Source of the DNA: Schmidtea polychroa
Lineage: Eukaryota
Assembly: GCA_044892525.1 (NCBI GenBank)
Contig: CM097885.1
Location: 217,372,001 to 217,436,000, forward strand
Direction: 5' to 3'
DNA: 64,000 nt
Shown here: in pieces, positions 13,713-26,169 of the stretch
Numbering within the stretch: position 1 is the first letter of the stretch
Layout: each line of letters begins with the position of its first letter
Program-made: the position numbers and the translations under genes
The notes under the pieces: generated by a model
Database searches by the model: none
What the model saw: the letters and a program-made list of their open reading frames with translations, nothing else
What the model was told of the DNA's origin: nothing

Positions 13713-14036
13713 TTATTGGAGGACGATTAACGTAACCTAGTCTATTCCCTTAGTATTAGATATCGTCAAGTGTTTGTGTTTAAATAAAGTATTTTGATTT
13801 AGTCTATTTTATTAGTATCATAGTTGAGTATTAGAAACCGTAGAGTGGTTGTTCTTACGTAAAGTATTCTTCCTTTCTGTTGGTTGCATGAGTCAGTTGG
13901 TAGATGGAGGGGTTATAAAAATGGCCTAGCGATAAGCGCGAATAACAATATTATTTAATCTTACCAATAATTTATTCTATAAAATTTTTTTTTGGTATAA
14001 ACAAAACTAATGAGACTCCTTTTAGTGTACAAGCTA

Positions 14037-14495
14037 ATGGAGAACCTGCGTAAAGATCGAGAGCAGGCTCAGAAACGCGCTGACGAACTCCGAGTCCGAG
14101 TGGACAAATTGAAAGGAAAATGCCGGGAGTTCGAGGGGACCTGGTTAAGTCCCGAAGCGATGAAGAAGAAAACTGCCCAGATCCTCCAGCTACAAACACA
14201 GGCCGCTCAGGACCAAATGGAGATCCGCGCCCTGAAATTGCAGGTGCGGGCACTCGAGACCGAGCGAAATGAGCAGGTGGTGCAAGAGGCCGTGGCAAGA
14301 CAAATCCGGCCACTGACCGTTGAACTCGCGGCGATATATCCCCCAGCCGCCGAAAATAAGCCCAAAAGAAAACGGCTTGGGCGAAACATTCGGGAAAAAT
14401 TGAAGAAGGCCAGGCTGGCCGAGTACGAGCGGCAAGCAAATTCATCGCAAGCGTCTACGACGGGGTTGGCCAGCTCTACCAACAAGCCGAGTTGA
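14037..14495 (+). CDS. Unknown coiled-coil protein with a KR-rich NLS-like motif (ORF track starts at 14010; likely ATG 14037)
   Basis: Intact GC-rich ORF: MENLRKDREQAQKRADELRVRVDKLKGKCREFEGTWLSPEAMKKK..KPKRKRLGR. Homologous to 57781-58443 (see findings). Confidence 0.65.
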   Translation: MENLRKDREQAQKRADELRVRVDKLKGKCREFEGTWLSPEAMKKKTAQILQLQTQAAQDQMEIRALKLQVRALETERNEQVVQEAVARQIRPLTVELAAIYPPAAENKPKRKRLGRNIREKLKKARLAEYERQANSSQASTTGLASSTNKPS

Positions 14496-17266
14496 ACTTT
14501 TATTCTGGTTTATATATCCTTGTAGTGTGTTGTGAATATTTTGTAGTATTAAAAGAATATTTTTTTTGTTAAAATAATACATATTTCGTAGTACTAAAAT
14601 CATATTCGATATATTTTATGATTGCCTGAGAAATGAGAGTTTGTGCGTAAGGTTGGGAAAACAATTTTGATAAGGGACCTAAGAAATCGGACACACACCT
14701 TCTATCGGTAGTCCGTGAACCCATGGAGTACTCGACAATTACAGTGCCTCGATGCGCTCACTTTTTGCGAGTACTCAACCCTTGGTACAGTACCAACGTT
14801 GATTACTCAACGGGTACCAAGCGGAAAGACAATGTTGCATGTTGGGTTACGCTGGTAACAGCACTTAAACATTCGACCACCAGTAACCCACCATTTGTAT
14901 TGAAGTGACGCTGAGGTAGTGAAGGCTTCATCGAATGATTCGATAATTTTTCAGCACATATGACACATTGATGCTTTGAATTTCTTTCTTCGCCACACCA
15001 CGAAAATCCAAAAGATAAATAATTATCATCATATCGCTTAATTTTTGGCAGTTTTCGATTGTTATCATCTGAGTCTCGATGAGTTCTATCTTCACGGGCG
15101 TCTGCAGCTGTCTGTGTTGTTTCAGTGCTTGCGCGTGCGGCGCGAGAGTACTTTCTTTTTGACGGTTGTTGTTTGAGCCATTTATCCATATCTCAGTTCT
15201 GAAGTTATTTATTTAGTTGAAAATGTTAAAAAATCATTAATTATTTATTTCATATTGAAAATGTTTTACTGTTTTTCAATCGTTGGATAATATTACAAAT
15301 AGAGCGACGCTTGGCAGTGACATAGATTAACAAAGACCTTATACATTATGAAGTTATGAACCATAGAATTGCCAAAGACTATTTATTGAAGTTGATGCTA
15401 GTTATCGTTTATTTACAATTTAAATTTCAATATTCCAAGATTAACTGAATTAAATGAAGAATATTTATTTTAATTGCTAACGTTCTAAAATTGAAACATG
15501 ACGTCATACAGAACAAGAAATTCTTATCAACAAAAAAAATTATTATTGTAATTATTGTGTAACATTGGTAAGATCATGGGGTTGCGCGTACCCCTTTGCA
15601 ACAGCCGGCGTACCCCTAGGGGTACGCGTACCACCGGTTGAGAACCTCTGCCCTATATTATCCTAACCCTTATAATTAATGTTATGAATGACTGCATTTT
15701 GATTGATTGGGTCCTCACATTATGTCATTGTTTATTATTTATCCCAATGAAGTATGCACTGGGAACATGCATTTAGTCTATATAATGTCTACTTTTCGTG
15801 AGTAAAACTTTTTACGATTTGTTATTTAAACTTATTATAATGACAACATTATTTGTTCAGATATAGCACCTCAATACATAAAATGTATCATTACAGCCGC
15901 GAACATTTTCTATTGAATTTCACGTTTATCGAGTGACTTTGGATTACAAATGATAAACAAAATATTCCGAAATTTTAATAAAATTCTAATTTACTTTTTT
16001 ATTATTCATTAACATTTCTTCTTTTATGTGTAAAAAATAAATAAAAATAGCGTTACACGCAGAAAGACAGATGTAAATTAAGGGAGAATCTATATGACAT
16101 TTGAGCTGTATTGATAAATTAACATGAGTCGTTTTCCTGAGCTAAGTTGGATGTTCAGTATTTGTCAATTCCATCAAATTCTGCTGACACTATTTATACA
16201 GAAATGTTCCACAACACCTTGAATTAAATTTTGAAATCTAGGTCAGCAAGTTATGTGTATGATTTGAGCTTTTCTCAGTAATTAACAGTTTTACATAAAA
16301 TTGAACTTCTACCCTTAAATCAACATGGAGAAATGGAATAATGGTTCTGCATTATGGTACCTGTATTTTTTTAAAACTATTTTAAGGTTTGTATTCGTGT
16401 TTTTGTCTAGGCTTTTCATGTTTTATTGAGGCATTAATTATCATTTTATAAACCTTTTATCATTTANNNNNNNNNNNNNNNNNNNNNNNNNNNNNNNNNN
16501 NNNNNNNNNNNNNNNNNNNNNNNNNNNNNNNNNNNNNNNNNNNNNNNNNNNNNNNNNNNNNNNNNNNNNNNNNNNNNNNNNNNNNNNNNNNNNNNNNNNN
16601 NNNNNNNNNNNNNNNNNNNNNNNNNNNNNNNNNNNNNNNNNNNNNNNNNNNNNNNNNATAAAACTATTGTATTCTAAAATAATAATTGGTTTTTACTAAA
16701 TTAAATAAATTACTTTAATTTTAACAAAAGTTTATCAAATAGTTACCAAATAGTTGCGTGATAGGAAAAATTATGTGAATTTGTCTCTTCTATTCAAAAT
16801 GAAACAAAAAAATGTTTCTTAATTGGCGACTTTGTCTATTGGTATTGAATAAGCAAAAAAATCATCTGTTAGTGTGGTATATAAATGTGACAAAAAAAAT
16901 TTTGCTTCTATCAATTTTTCTATTTACATTAATACTAGTTGGTGGTCAACAAAATTAATTACATTGTACGTATTATAGAAAAACAATTATAAAAAAAATA
17001 GTATATGATATACAACTTTATGAGCTTGATGTAATTTTTTTCTATTTTGCAAAAGTATTTTGTAAACCTGTTTTATATTCTGTTGTTGACATAACTTCAT
17101 TAGTTGTTCGCGTCTCATTTCTTTTACTCGAATATTAAATTTTAGAAATTATAGTGAACCATCGCATATTTTATAATATAAGACAGTAATTTAGAGTTTT
17201 ATCAAAGAAAATACAACTTAATTTTGGATTAGTATATAGCTAATTATTCAATTTTAGATTTAGTTA

Positions 17267-17359
17267 TTGTATTTATTAAAAAGCTTGACTATGAATCAGT
17301 AAATATATCAAAAACATTGATATTTACTGATTCATAGTCAATCTTTTTAATAAATACAA
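17267..17359. repeat. 93-bp palindrome built from a Penelope-associated 3' terminal motif
   Basis: Arms TTGTATTTATTAAAAAGCTTGACTATGAATCAGTAAATAT(AT)C and GATATTTACTGATTCATAGTCAATCTTTTTAATAAATACAA around a ~9-nt loop. The same motif occurs at 32613-32660 and 51484-51526. Confidence 0.85.
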
Positions 17360-19889
17360 TGTCAATGGAAAAGAAAGTAGTGGTGAAATTTCAAAAAGTT
17401 ATTAGTTATTAACTTGAAAATTAAATAATACTGCAACTTAAAGGTGAAATTAAATCTAAAATGAGTCTATTTTTAAAATAGCTTCCAAAGTCAATTTATA
17501 AGTTTTATTGCCAAAAAAATTTAATTAAACAGCACAGCCAATGCAAATAGATTTAAATTACTTCGGAAGTTTATTCAAATCAGACAACTTTGATTATACA
17601 GTATATGACCTAGACATTCATATAGCTAAACAACCAAAGAAATCTCGATTTGATATTTGTTAGTAAATTCACCTGACATAGATATATTTTTTAAAAAATT
17701 AATCATAATATAATATGAAACCAGCTTTCAATTCTGAAATTAAAAGTTAATTTTAATTAAAATTCTAAATACTTCTGTCATTGATTCTAAAACTTTGAAA
17801 TTGTATAATCTGAGCATAAAATGGCCATTGAAAAGTCATTGAAAATATTATGAAACAACAGCCTTTACAAAATGAATAATTAATGTTTATACCAAAATTC
17901 AATTGAAAATCAATCTGATTGGCTGATTGGAAACAATGAATATCCTTTCGTTTTATAACAAATAATACAAGATACGATTTATTTCACGTAATTTTTCTCC
18001 ACAAGTCCCAGCATAATGATGAATGGAAACCCACTCCGAATTGAAATTATGATTAATGTATTCAAAATGAATATCAAATGATAATTAGATTTGAAATATA
18101 AAAAAAATTTACCTAAGCTGCTTTTAAATCCAAATAAATTCATAAAGCTTTGCATAATTTAATTGTATTATCAAAAAGGTTACTATGTTAATTTTTTTTT
18201 GGGAACAAATCAAAAACCGACTCCATTTTCTCATTAAATTAAAACAACAAAATTTAATACAATAATAAGTTCCGTTTTCAATGCGTTAAGTAAAGATTCA
18301 ATTGTCAATAGTAACCGATTAGGCTTGATTCCAATTTTCCATACATAAACTATGACGCCACAAACTTTTTTATTCTTTTCGAATCCGGCCTCCCACAAAC
18401 AAGTGAAATTTTCAGTATTAATTGTAAAACCATTTGATAAATCAAACAATTTCTGATACATAATCACATCACTACTTTCCTTAATCTTCATCTAAAATAA
18501 ATAACATAACGTTGATATATTTTGCCACTACATTGACTATCAAACTTGGAGGTTTTGTTTTCCTATTGAAATGATGGATATTACCAGCAATATATTTATT
18601 TATTAGTTTGTATTTTTGTATTTATTATGACGTAGGGACTCCCTGGCGACTTATAATATAAATATTAATATGTACCTTTTTCTTTGTTATCCACCCATGC
18701 CTTTCCTCCGAAAAATGTTAAATCTTCGAATATTTCATTTATCTTTCGCACTAAATTTCCTTTTTTTTTAATTTTACAGCATTTTAATTGATTTGCATTC
18801 GAGTTTTATGCTGAATTTATTTGCATAACTTCAATAATATAGTAAAAATCTCTTTTATGAACCAGGGTTTTGAAATTGTAATTATTTTGCACTATTTTTG
18901 TTATAGGAATTGTCAGTTTTCAAGTCAGTAAATCCACTATTTATAATAAAATTGAGAGGTCTCAAAATATGAGCTTCTCATTCTTGGTCACTATATATAA
19001 TATATAACGAATGAATCACAAATCAAATTAAACCATGCAATAGAAACCCATGTTTGAGATCTGATTATATTTTCCTTGTATATATAAATCTTTATGCGTT
19101 GATTTAATTTAATTTATTTATTTAAAATTGTGACATTACAACAAAGAACATAAATTACAGAACAATTATCTACAAATTAAGGTCTTAATTTATATATTAT
19201 AAGACAATAAATAAGGGCCTAAATTAGAAAAAAGAAAAGCCTCAATAATAAAAAAACTAATTAATAATATCCTGACAATAAGTAAGTTCCTGCAATATCG
19301 AAAGTTAGAAAATTTTAATGCGAGAAGAAAATAAATTCATACATTCAAGTACGATGCACAACATTTATATAATAGAAATACACACAGTTGAACAATAAAT
19401 AACTGCCCCATTCTTCAAGGAATTACAAATGATGTTTATACTTGCGAACGTTTTGGTAGTGTGTTTCTTGCAGATTTTTCCTTTCTCCTCGAGTTGTCAT
19501 TGTGTGAATATTTTCGGCGTAGTCGCCAGTTACAACAATCGGTTCCATCTAAATATTTATTAATTATTAACACAGAGTTATCACTTTTAAATATTGTATT
19601 GAACTATTGAATTATGCAATATACTCTGAACTGCTTCACATTTGGTCTTTAGCCTCTAATGTAATATCATTACTAATACTATATATGAATACTATAATTT
19701 TAGATATCACAAATAATTCACACAAATAAAATATTTTTATTGGTTCACTCTCACTTTTCAATGTTTTCATTCAACGTTTTCATTGTCATCCATTGTTTTC
19801 ATTCGATTCAATGAAAAGGCGATAAATGGTTTGTTTTTAAAATCCTCTTTTACACAAAAGAGAAACGAGCCTCGGCCGTTAAACATTTA

Positions 19890-19985
19890 TATTTTTAGTT
19901 CGGATTATGCCGTTCCCTTTTAAATTATTTGAATGGAGTTCATCCCAATATTAAGTTTACAGTGGAAGAAGTCAATTCTTTTCTT
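19890..19985 (+). pseudogene. Penelope-like RT C-terminal fragment
   Basis: Translates YLNGVHPNIKFTVEEVNS, matching the Penelope motif LN..HPNIKFT.E.E. Confidence 0.65.
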
Positions 19986-20018
19986 CAATTTTTACTCCTT
20001 ATATACTTATTTTACTAT

Positions 20019-23000
20019 TGTAAGACTAAACGTTTTTACAAATTCTATTTTTACGACATTTTTATAATATTAAAACAACATTAATTGTTTAATATTACAC
20101 TATTCCTACATTCCCACCAGATTCATCTGAATCTTTAACAACTCTTTTTCTAATATTGGCCACGTGCCGCGGCATATCATATCCGCTACACCTGACTAAA
20201 ATTTTTTGTATTTGATAATGGTTTAATGATATGCCCGTCTTTCCATCTTTCTGTGCATTTTTGATTCAAATTCGTTTTTATCCACACTGGGTCACCAGCA
20301 GAATATTTTGCTTCGATTATTATCTCTTTTTTATTGTAGCTTGGCAGATTCAGCTTTGGAGTGTATCTAAATATGGCTCTAGATGGACAAATATTATTGT
20401 TGTTTGGCGTATTATTGAACCAGTACACAGTTTCTGAGATCGTTCCTGAGAACCTAGCTGCAAGCGATTTGATTGTCCGATGGCTGCGTTCAATGATCCC
20501 GTTTCCCGTTGGGCGGTTCACTGTTCTAAATACCAACTCAACATTCTATGTATCTGCTAATTCTTGAAATGTTCGAGATCTAAAAGATAAGTAATTATCT
20601 AATAATATTTCACTTGGAGCTCCTCTTTCATAAAGCACTTCATTTAAAGCATTACATATTTCTTCTACATTTTCATTCTTAATTTTCTTCCAGATTGCAT
20701 ATCTCGATGGTCCACAATCAGTAATTGTCAAATATTTATCTTTAGCAAATTTAGCTACATCAATAGCTAAACGGCACCAATTTTCATCACAGTTTAGTTC
20801 ACCTTTTTCCCACGTTGCTGGCGCTGGGTCAATTGATAGGCATTGATTACAACTTGCAATTATTTCTGAGATCTCATTATCCACATTTAGTAGCCCCGCT
20901 TCCGATGCTAAGAATCGCATACGATTTTTCCCTACATGGTAGTTCTTGTGAATCTATAATAACACATCTTTCGAGCTTTTTTGATTGCCTTAGAGCTGCG
21001 ACTTCTTTTTTAATAATCATCCAGTTGGCTGGTACTCTCGTTAATACATTAGCCTTGTTATTTTCTGTAGATACAAACTCAATGCCCATTTTAAGTTCAT
21101 ACTCAATCGCTAGATCTTTTAAAAGCTCCAGCCTTCGTCGTATATACAACTCTGAATTTGCTTTTGTATGTATTTTTCTGTCGCTTGATAATATGCTGTT
21201 AACCCAACACACAACTGATTTACTTTCGGATTTAATTTTGATGTACTTTAGATTCCATTTAATACATAAATTAATACCCTTCACAATCGCTTCTAATTCC
21301 ACCAAATTAATGTGCCTTGAATCATCAGGTTTTTGCAACCAACACGCATCTTCAACCACTGAACCTTCCATTTCTAATACAATTTCAATGGCGATCGAAC
21401 TTGCATCGCACCAAATTATGCCTGTCTGATTGCTGGGAACACTCCAAATACCTGACGATGGATCTCTTTCATTTTATTTTTCTAATAACCATTTTACTTT
21501 GTCAACGATATGATTTTCTATAGAATCATCCCAATTTCCACTGGATAGCGTCTTGATATATGAGCAGGCTGGCCGCAACCACGCAGGCACAGGATAAATT
21601 ACAACTAACTGCCCACATAACGAATACAGCTCTCTTCTTGAAACCCCTTTATTTAATTCATTTATTCGTATATCGTCTGATCTTTTCCAATGTAGTTCGT
21701 TATTCTTTTTTCGTTGGCGCAAAATTCAATCCAAATCCCATTCTCGTAAGCGCATATCTCTCCCAATTAACTATACAAGATTGATATCACCAAATGCTTT
21801 TATCCACGTGTATTTGCATATATGCATCAGATAAATCTAAAATTGCAAATTCTTTACTTAAACATCTCCATGATCGTAATTTTTCAGAACAGATATCTGC
21901 ATTCCCACTATATACATCAATATATTTATTGATACTCCTAAAGTCAAATACTGGACGCAATTTCGCTTTATTTAACTGAATTAATACCATAAATAGGTAC
22001 TGATCCGATAGGTCTGCCCATTGTTTTCTCGTCGTAATCAACTAGATAGCTGTTAGATATCCAAGAATTCAAGATACGCATCGTCTCCTGATCTTTACTA
22101 CAATTATCATAAAAGTTTGAATTTCTATTAGGTAGAAATTTTTGCGGCTCTGACTTCCAATTCCATTTGACAATCCATTTCTCGTTTTCAAATCTCGCAG
22201 AGAAATTTTCTTTCAATATTTCTGGCATACTATTACTATAGCACGCTACGTGACAAGGTGCTTCTTCGCATCCGAACATGACTTTTTATTCAATCGAACT
22301 CCACCAAACCTATTAATAGCATTCACTCCTAAAATTACATCATAATTGGATACTAATTTCAGGTATATTAAACAACCAATATTAAATAACTTATCTCCAA
22401 CCCATATATCAACTTTAATTCTCTCAACATATATGATTGAACCATCAAGCATCGCTACCGCAGTCATAGATTTTCGTGAATTTCCTTTTACTATAGTGTA
22501 GTGCTGCCCGAATCAACTAAAAATGCTTTTTACATCACCATTTACTTTTAGGAGCATCACATATTCACAATTCTTGGGGCCACACTCGACACATTGTGTA
22601 TAGCCCCTTGATCTTTTCCCGACTTGCAAAACCTTGAAATATGTCCCATAATACCGCATTTTGCACATCTGATATTGCGTCTTTCTGGACAGTATCTTAC
22701 CACATGATTAGCACTATTGCATATATAGCATTTTCGATTGGCTTGTCTTCCACTATCTGATTTCGGTACTACTACTGCAACCGTTCATTGTCATAAAATT
22801 GATGACTTTCGATTTTCTTTGCCTGAGCAGCTAACTCATTCATTGTTGACGCTGTTGACATCTTTAGTTGATTTGACAAATCACTTGGTAAGCTATTTAC
22901 AAAAAATCAGGTTAGTAGATCACCTGAACATTCGAACAGTGATCTTAATTCATTTACATGAACGTCCAAGTTATCACCCATTATCTTTTTCTGTAAAAGT

Positions 23001-23352
23001 TTCGTAAAGGCTTCTTGCTCGCTTATCCCGAAAGTTTTCAATAATTCCTTCTGCAGCATTCCAAAATCCATTGTCGTATTGCTTTTCTTTAACTGTTTGA
23101 AAACTGCATAAAAACTGCCCTTCGGGTAAAAAATGGCATTACATTCATGACATTTTTTACATTCTTGGCTTCCAAAATAATTTCGAGTTTGTCCAATCAT
23201 TTTTCCACATCTGTATTTTTGCCATAGAATTATCAATTATAATCTTGTTGATTTCCATTGCCCATATAGCTTGTAAGACTAAACGTTTTATAAAATTCTA
23301 TTTTTACGACATTTTTATAATATTAAAACAACATTAATTGTTTAATATTACA
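20019..23352 (-). mobile_element. Compact Ty3/Gypsy LTR retrotransposon (3.33 kb, 81-bp LTRs), defective
   Basis: LTRs 20019-20099 and 23272-23352 (TG..CA, nearly identical). Purine tract GGTGGGAATGTAGGAATAG before the 3' LTR. TSD CTAT/TTAT. Gag with two CCHC knuckles (~22620-22737: CYICNSANHVVRYC, CAKCGIMGHISRFC), protease VDSGS (~22510), RT (LRPVFDFRSIN..LDLSDAYMQIHVD), RNase H (WCDAS..HINLVELEAI) and integrase (AIDV..TDCGPSRYAIW..LDN..GNGIIERSHRTIK). Several frameshifts. Confidence 0.95.
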
Positions 23353-23531
23353 TTATTTCTACACCTATTTTATTGCGTTCACTAATATTGGTAGATAATT
23401 TTCACGAGCTTGAATACAGAAATGTTGAGAAATCCCTTCAAATTATGTTACATTACATTCATGATATTTAAGTTGATAAACAGAGATCACAACACAATCT
23501 AACCGAAATTTTAGACTTATTAATAAATATA

Positions 23532-24367
23532 CAGGAATACCTCACATATTACGGTTAATGGGTTCCTCCAACTAGCCGCACTATATGAAACCGTACTAAT
23601 CGAGGAACTAACAACATACAAAAAACGATAATTCGTTCCAAACAAAATATGTATTCCTATTGACCAATAATTAAAACGATTGCAATATATTCAAATTGAT
23701 GAATGCATGTGACCATTTATAAAAATTAAGTAAAACAAAACAAAGTTTATTTAAAATTGCAATGTTTTCACATATATCATTATTTGTTGCTAAAATATTG
23801 CAGTAACGATGTCTGAATTATTTTCTTTTTGGGTTTTTTCTCCTCACACAGCTTTTTGTAGTAATGAATTGAATTGTTTATCTTTCGACGAACTGTCAAA
23901 ATACGGTCAATATTGAGATTAACTTCCATAATATGATTTGTCACTTTTTAACCAATTCAATAATTTCTGAAAGTTTTTCAGTCGTTAAGTCTTGGGCGGG
24001 TCTCTAAAAATAATCGTTGCATGAATTGTCCTCCTGTTCTTAATAACTTCGTTTCACTTCTATGTTGATAAGTGTTTCAATGTATTCAATCACGTTCTCA
24101 TAATCCAAATATTTAAAACCAAGTTGCTGTCCAAGTTTCACCATGTTATTAGTATCTTCAGCAAAATATGCTTCAAAACCTACGAAAAACATAATAGGGC
24201 AAAAAAACAATCAAAGTTTTGTTACAAGATGATTTTACTGTATATTAATTTTAAAAGATTTTAAGGGTTAGTTTTTAATATGTAAAATTATGCAAATTTT
24301 GGAAACTTTAAAACCGCACTATAGTAAAACAGCATAAATCGAAACCGTACTATGCGAGTTATTCCTG
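23532..24367 (-). mobile_element. Internally deleted Tigger/pogo element (836 bp)
   Basis: TIRs CAGGAATACCTCACATA / CAGGAATAACTCGCATA with TA at both ends (23530-31, 24368-69). Minus strand encodes a decayed Tigger-like C-terminus (LGQQLGFKYLDYENV..LTTEKLSEII..NIDRILTVRRKINNSIHYYKKL..KK..IQTSLLQYF). Confidence 0.85.
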
Positions 24368-25239
24368 TATTGTGTGCTTTACATGAATTAGACACGAGAT
24401 TATAATTTCAAATTTTCAGGTGCTTACTAATCATTCTCCTATAATATGTTTATTTTCCGTTCATATACTATCTCAAATGGTACATATTTTATGATAAAAA
24501 ACGAATGTATAAATATAGACATTTATGAATGATAAATATTTTTGTAAATAAACTAGTGTAGGTGCTTCAAAAAGATCAACTAAAGAAGATTACTTAACGA
24601 TAAAAGTAAATAAATATATAAATATGTCATTGAATTATTATAGATCATTGTAATCAACGGTCCCATTAAGCTGCGCACATGCGCAATAGCCCATAAAGAA
24701 TAGTTGTCACTCACAACATCCGTTGTTGGGCTCATAAAACAAATTAAAAATAACCGTTTTTAAAAAATAATTTTTAATATCGATCCAAGTAGGCTTATTT
24801 TTACATTGCTAAGTGCTATTATAAAGTGAATTGTTTAGTATATTTCGAACATAAACCGAATAAACTAAATATTTTTTATACAGTGCTGAGAAGTTGTAAG
24901 TAATGAATACGTGTTATATTTATATTTGTTAATAATAATTTGAACTTTTTTTTAAAAATGCATTCAATACCAATACTTCAACGATGTCTACAAGAAAATC
25001 CTAAACTCACCCAGAGTCATTATCCAAGAAAATATGCCCAAATTTAAAACCTGCTTGACTTTTGTTACTTTTTAAGACTAACATATCAACTTCACGTGAA
25101 CTCCAGAATGTGAAGCTAGATTATATATTCGAATTCAATGAAGAAGAAGGTACAGAAGAAGTCTAAATTTTGTAACAAAGCGAAAGTAGATGGAGAATTT
25201 TCCATTGGGAAAAAGTGAGATGATTAGAAATTGGATTAT

Positions 25240-25760
25240 CTAAAACGTCACCTAAATCACAAAATACACATTGAACCGATTGGAATTCTTACAGTTCATA
25301 GATGTGGTGGATTAGTTCGACTGCTTACTGAAACTCCTAAGGACCGTGAGGTACGAGTAAAGAAATTCTGAAAGACAAAAGACCGATTCAGAAATGGTAA
25401 TGGTTTTAATTGACAATGTAATTTTGGCGATAAAATTGAACGCTTCCATGAGTTCTGTGCAAGAAATCAATAGCCACATTGCAAAATATGTTCAAATTCC
25501 TGAAAGTTGGTGGAGCAAAAATTATGCATTTGAATTTGTGGAATGTATAAACCAAGTTGTTCAGAACGAAGATTTTGATGCTATTTAAAAATCACGATAT
25601 CATTGCTTAATAATTGATGAGACCATAGATGTTTCTGTTCATAAAATGCTCATAATTTATATAAAATTCAGAATTAAATTGGATTACTTCAGTTAAGTGC
25701 TTGCGATGCTTTATCAATAGTGGCAGCTATCAAGAAATTCTACTCTGATTTGACTTCTTG
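25240..25760 (+). pseudogene. hAT-like transposase fragment (ZNF862/C17orf113-like clade)
   Basis: SKNYAFEFVECINQVVQNEDFDAI*KSRYHCLIIDETIDVSVHKMLIIYIKF contains the first catalytic D motif (IIDETID) of hAT-like transposases. Confidence 0.7.
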
Positions 25761-26073
25761 TAAACTCCATATAATCTCTGTAAAATCAGTAAAATAATAA
25801 TAATAATTATTATAAAAATAATAACAATAATAACAAATAATAAATATTAATAAACAACAATAATAACATATAAATAAATATCATCATTTTCTATCCGTTA
25901 TTTTTTATAAAAGATAAAGTTCATGTATATTATAATAAACCAATAAATCAATAAAAATAAAATATATAATTACAGCTTAATAACATAAATAAAGAAATTT
26001 AGTAATCACATCCAAATTGTTAATAATCAAATATAAGTAATTATTACAATATAATAATGTTTATCTCGTCAAT

Positions 26074-26082
<9 letters not shown>

Positions 26083-26162
<80 letters not shown>
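26083..26162. repeat. (TA)n microsatellite
   Basis: About 40 perfect TA units. Confidence 0.98.
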
Positions 26163-26164
<2 letters not shown>

Positions 26165-26169
26165 CTCTG

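Larger units (their letters stand above)
9525..14893. mobile_element. Unclassified 5.4-kb insertion with a ~9-bp TSD and no recognisable TIR, LTR, transposase or RT
   Basis: Flanked by TTTGTGTTG (9516-9524) and TTTGTATTG (14894-14902). Removing it restores the hAT frame R-H-F-N-T-K-H-E-M-F-K-D-K-P. Contains an N-gap, so it could be composite. Confidence 0.75.
7765..15650 (-). mobile_element. Buster/ZBED5-like hAT transposon with a decayed transposase, interrupted by a 5.4-kb insert
   Basis: TIRs CAGCGGTTCTCAACC / CAGAGGTTCTCAACC. Perfect TSD CCCTATAT (7757-7764, 15651-15658). Transposase pieces: 15189-14894 (KRYDDNYLSFGF..CVICAEKLSNHSMKPS..RHFNT), 9524-9130, 9131-8691 (ICSDGAAAITGKHGGVV..THCSIH), 8681-8403 and 8169-7927 (LIPFSTSYLCETGFS). 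Confidence 0.95.
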
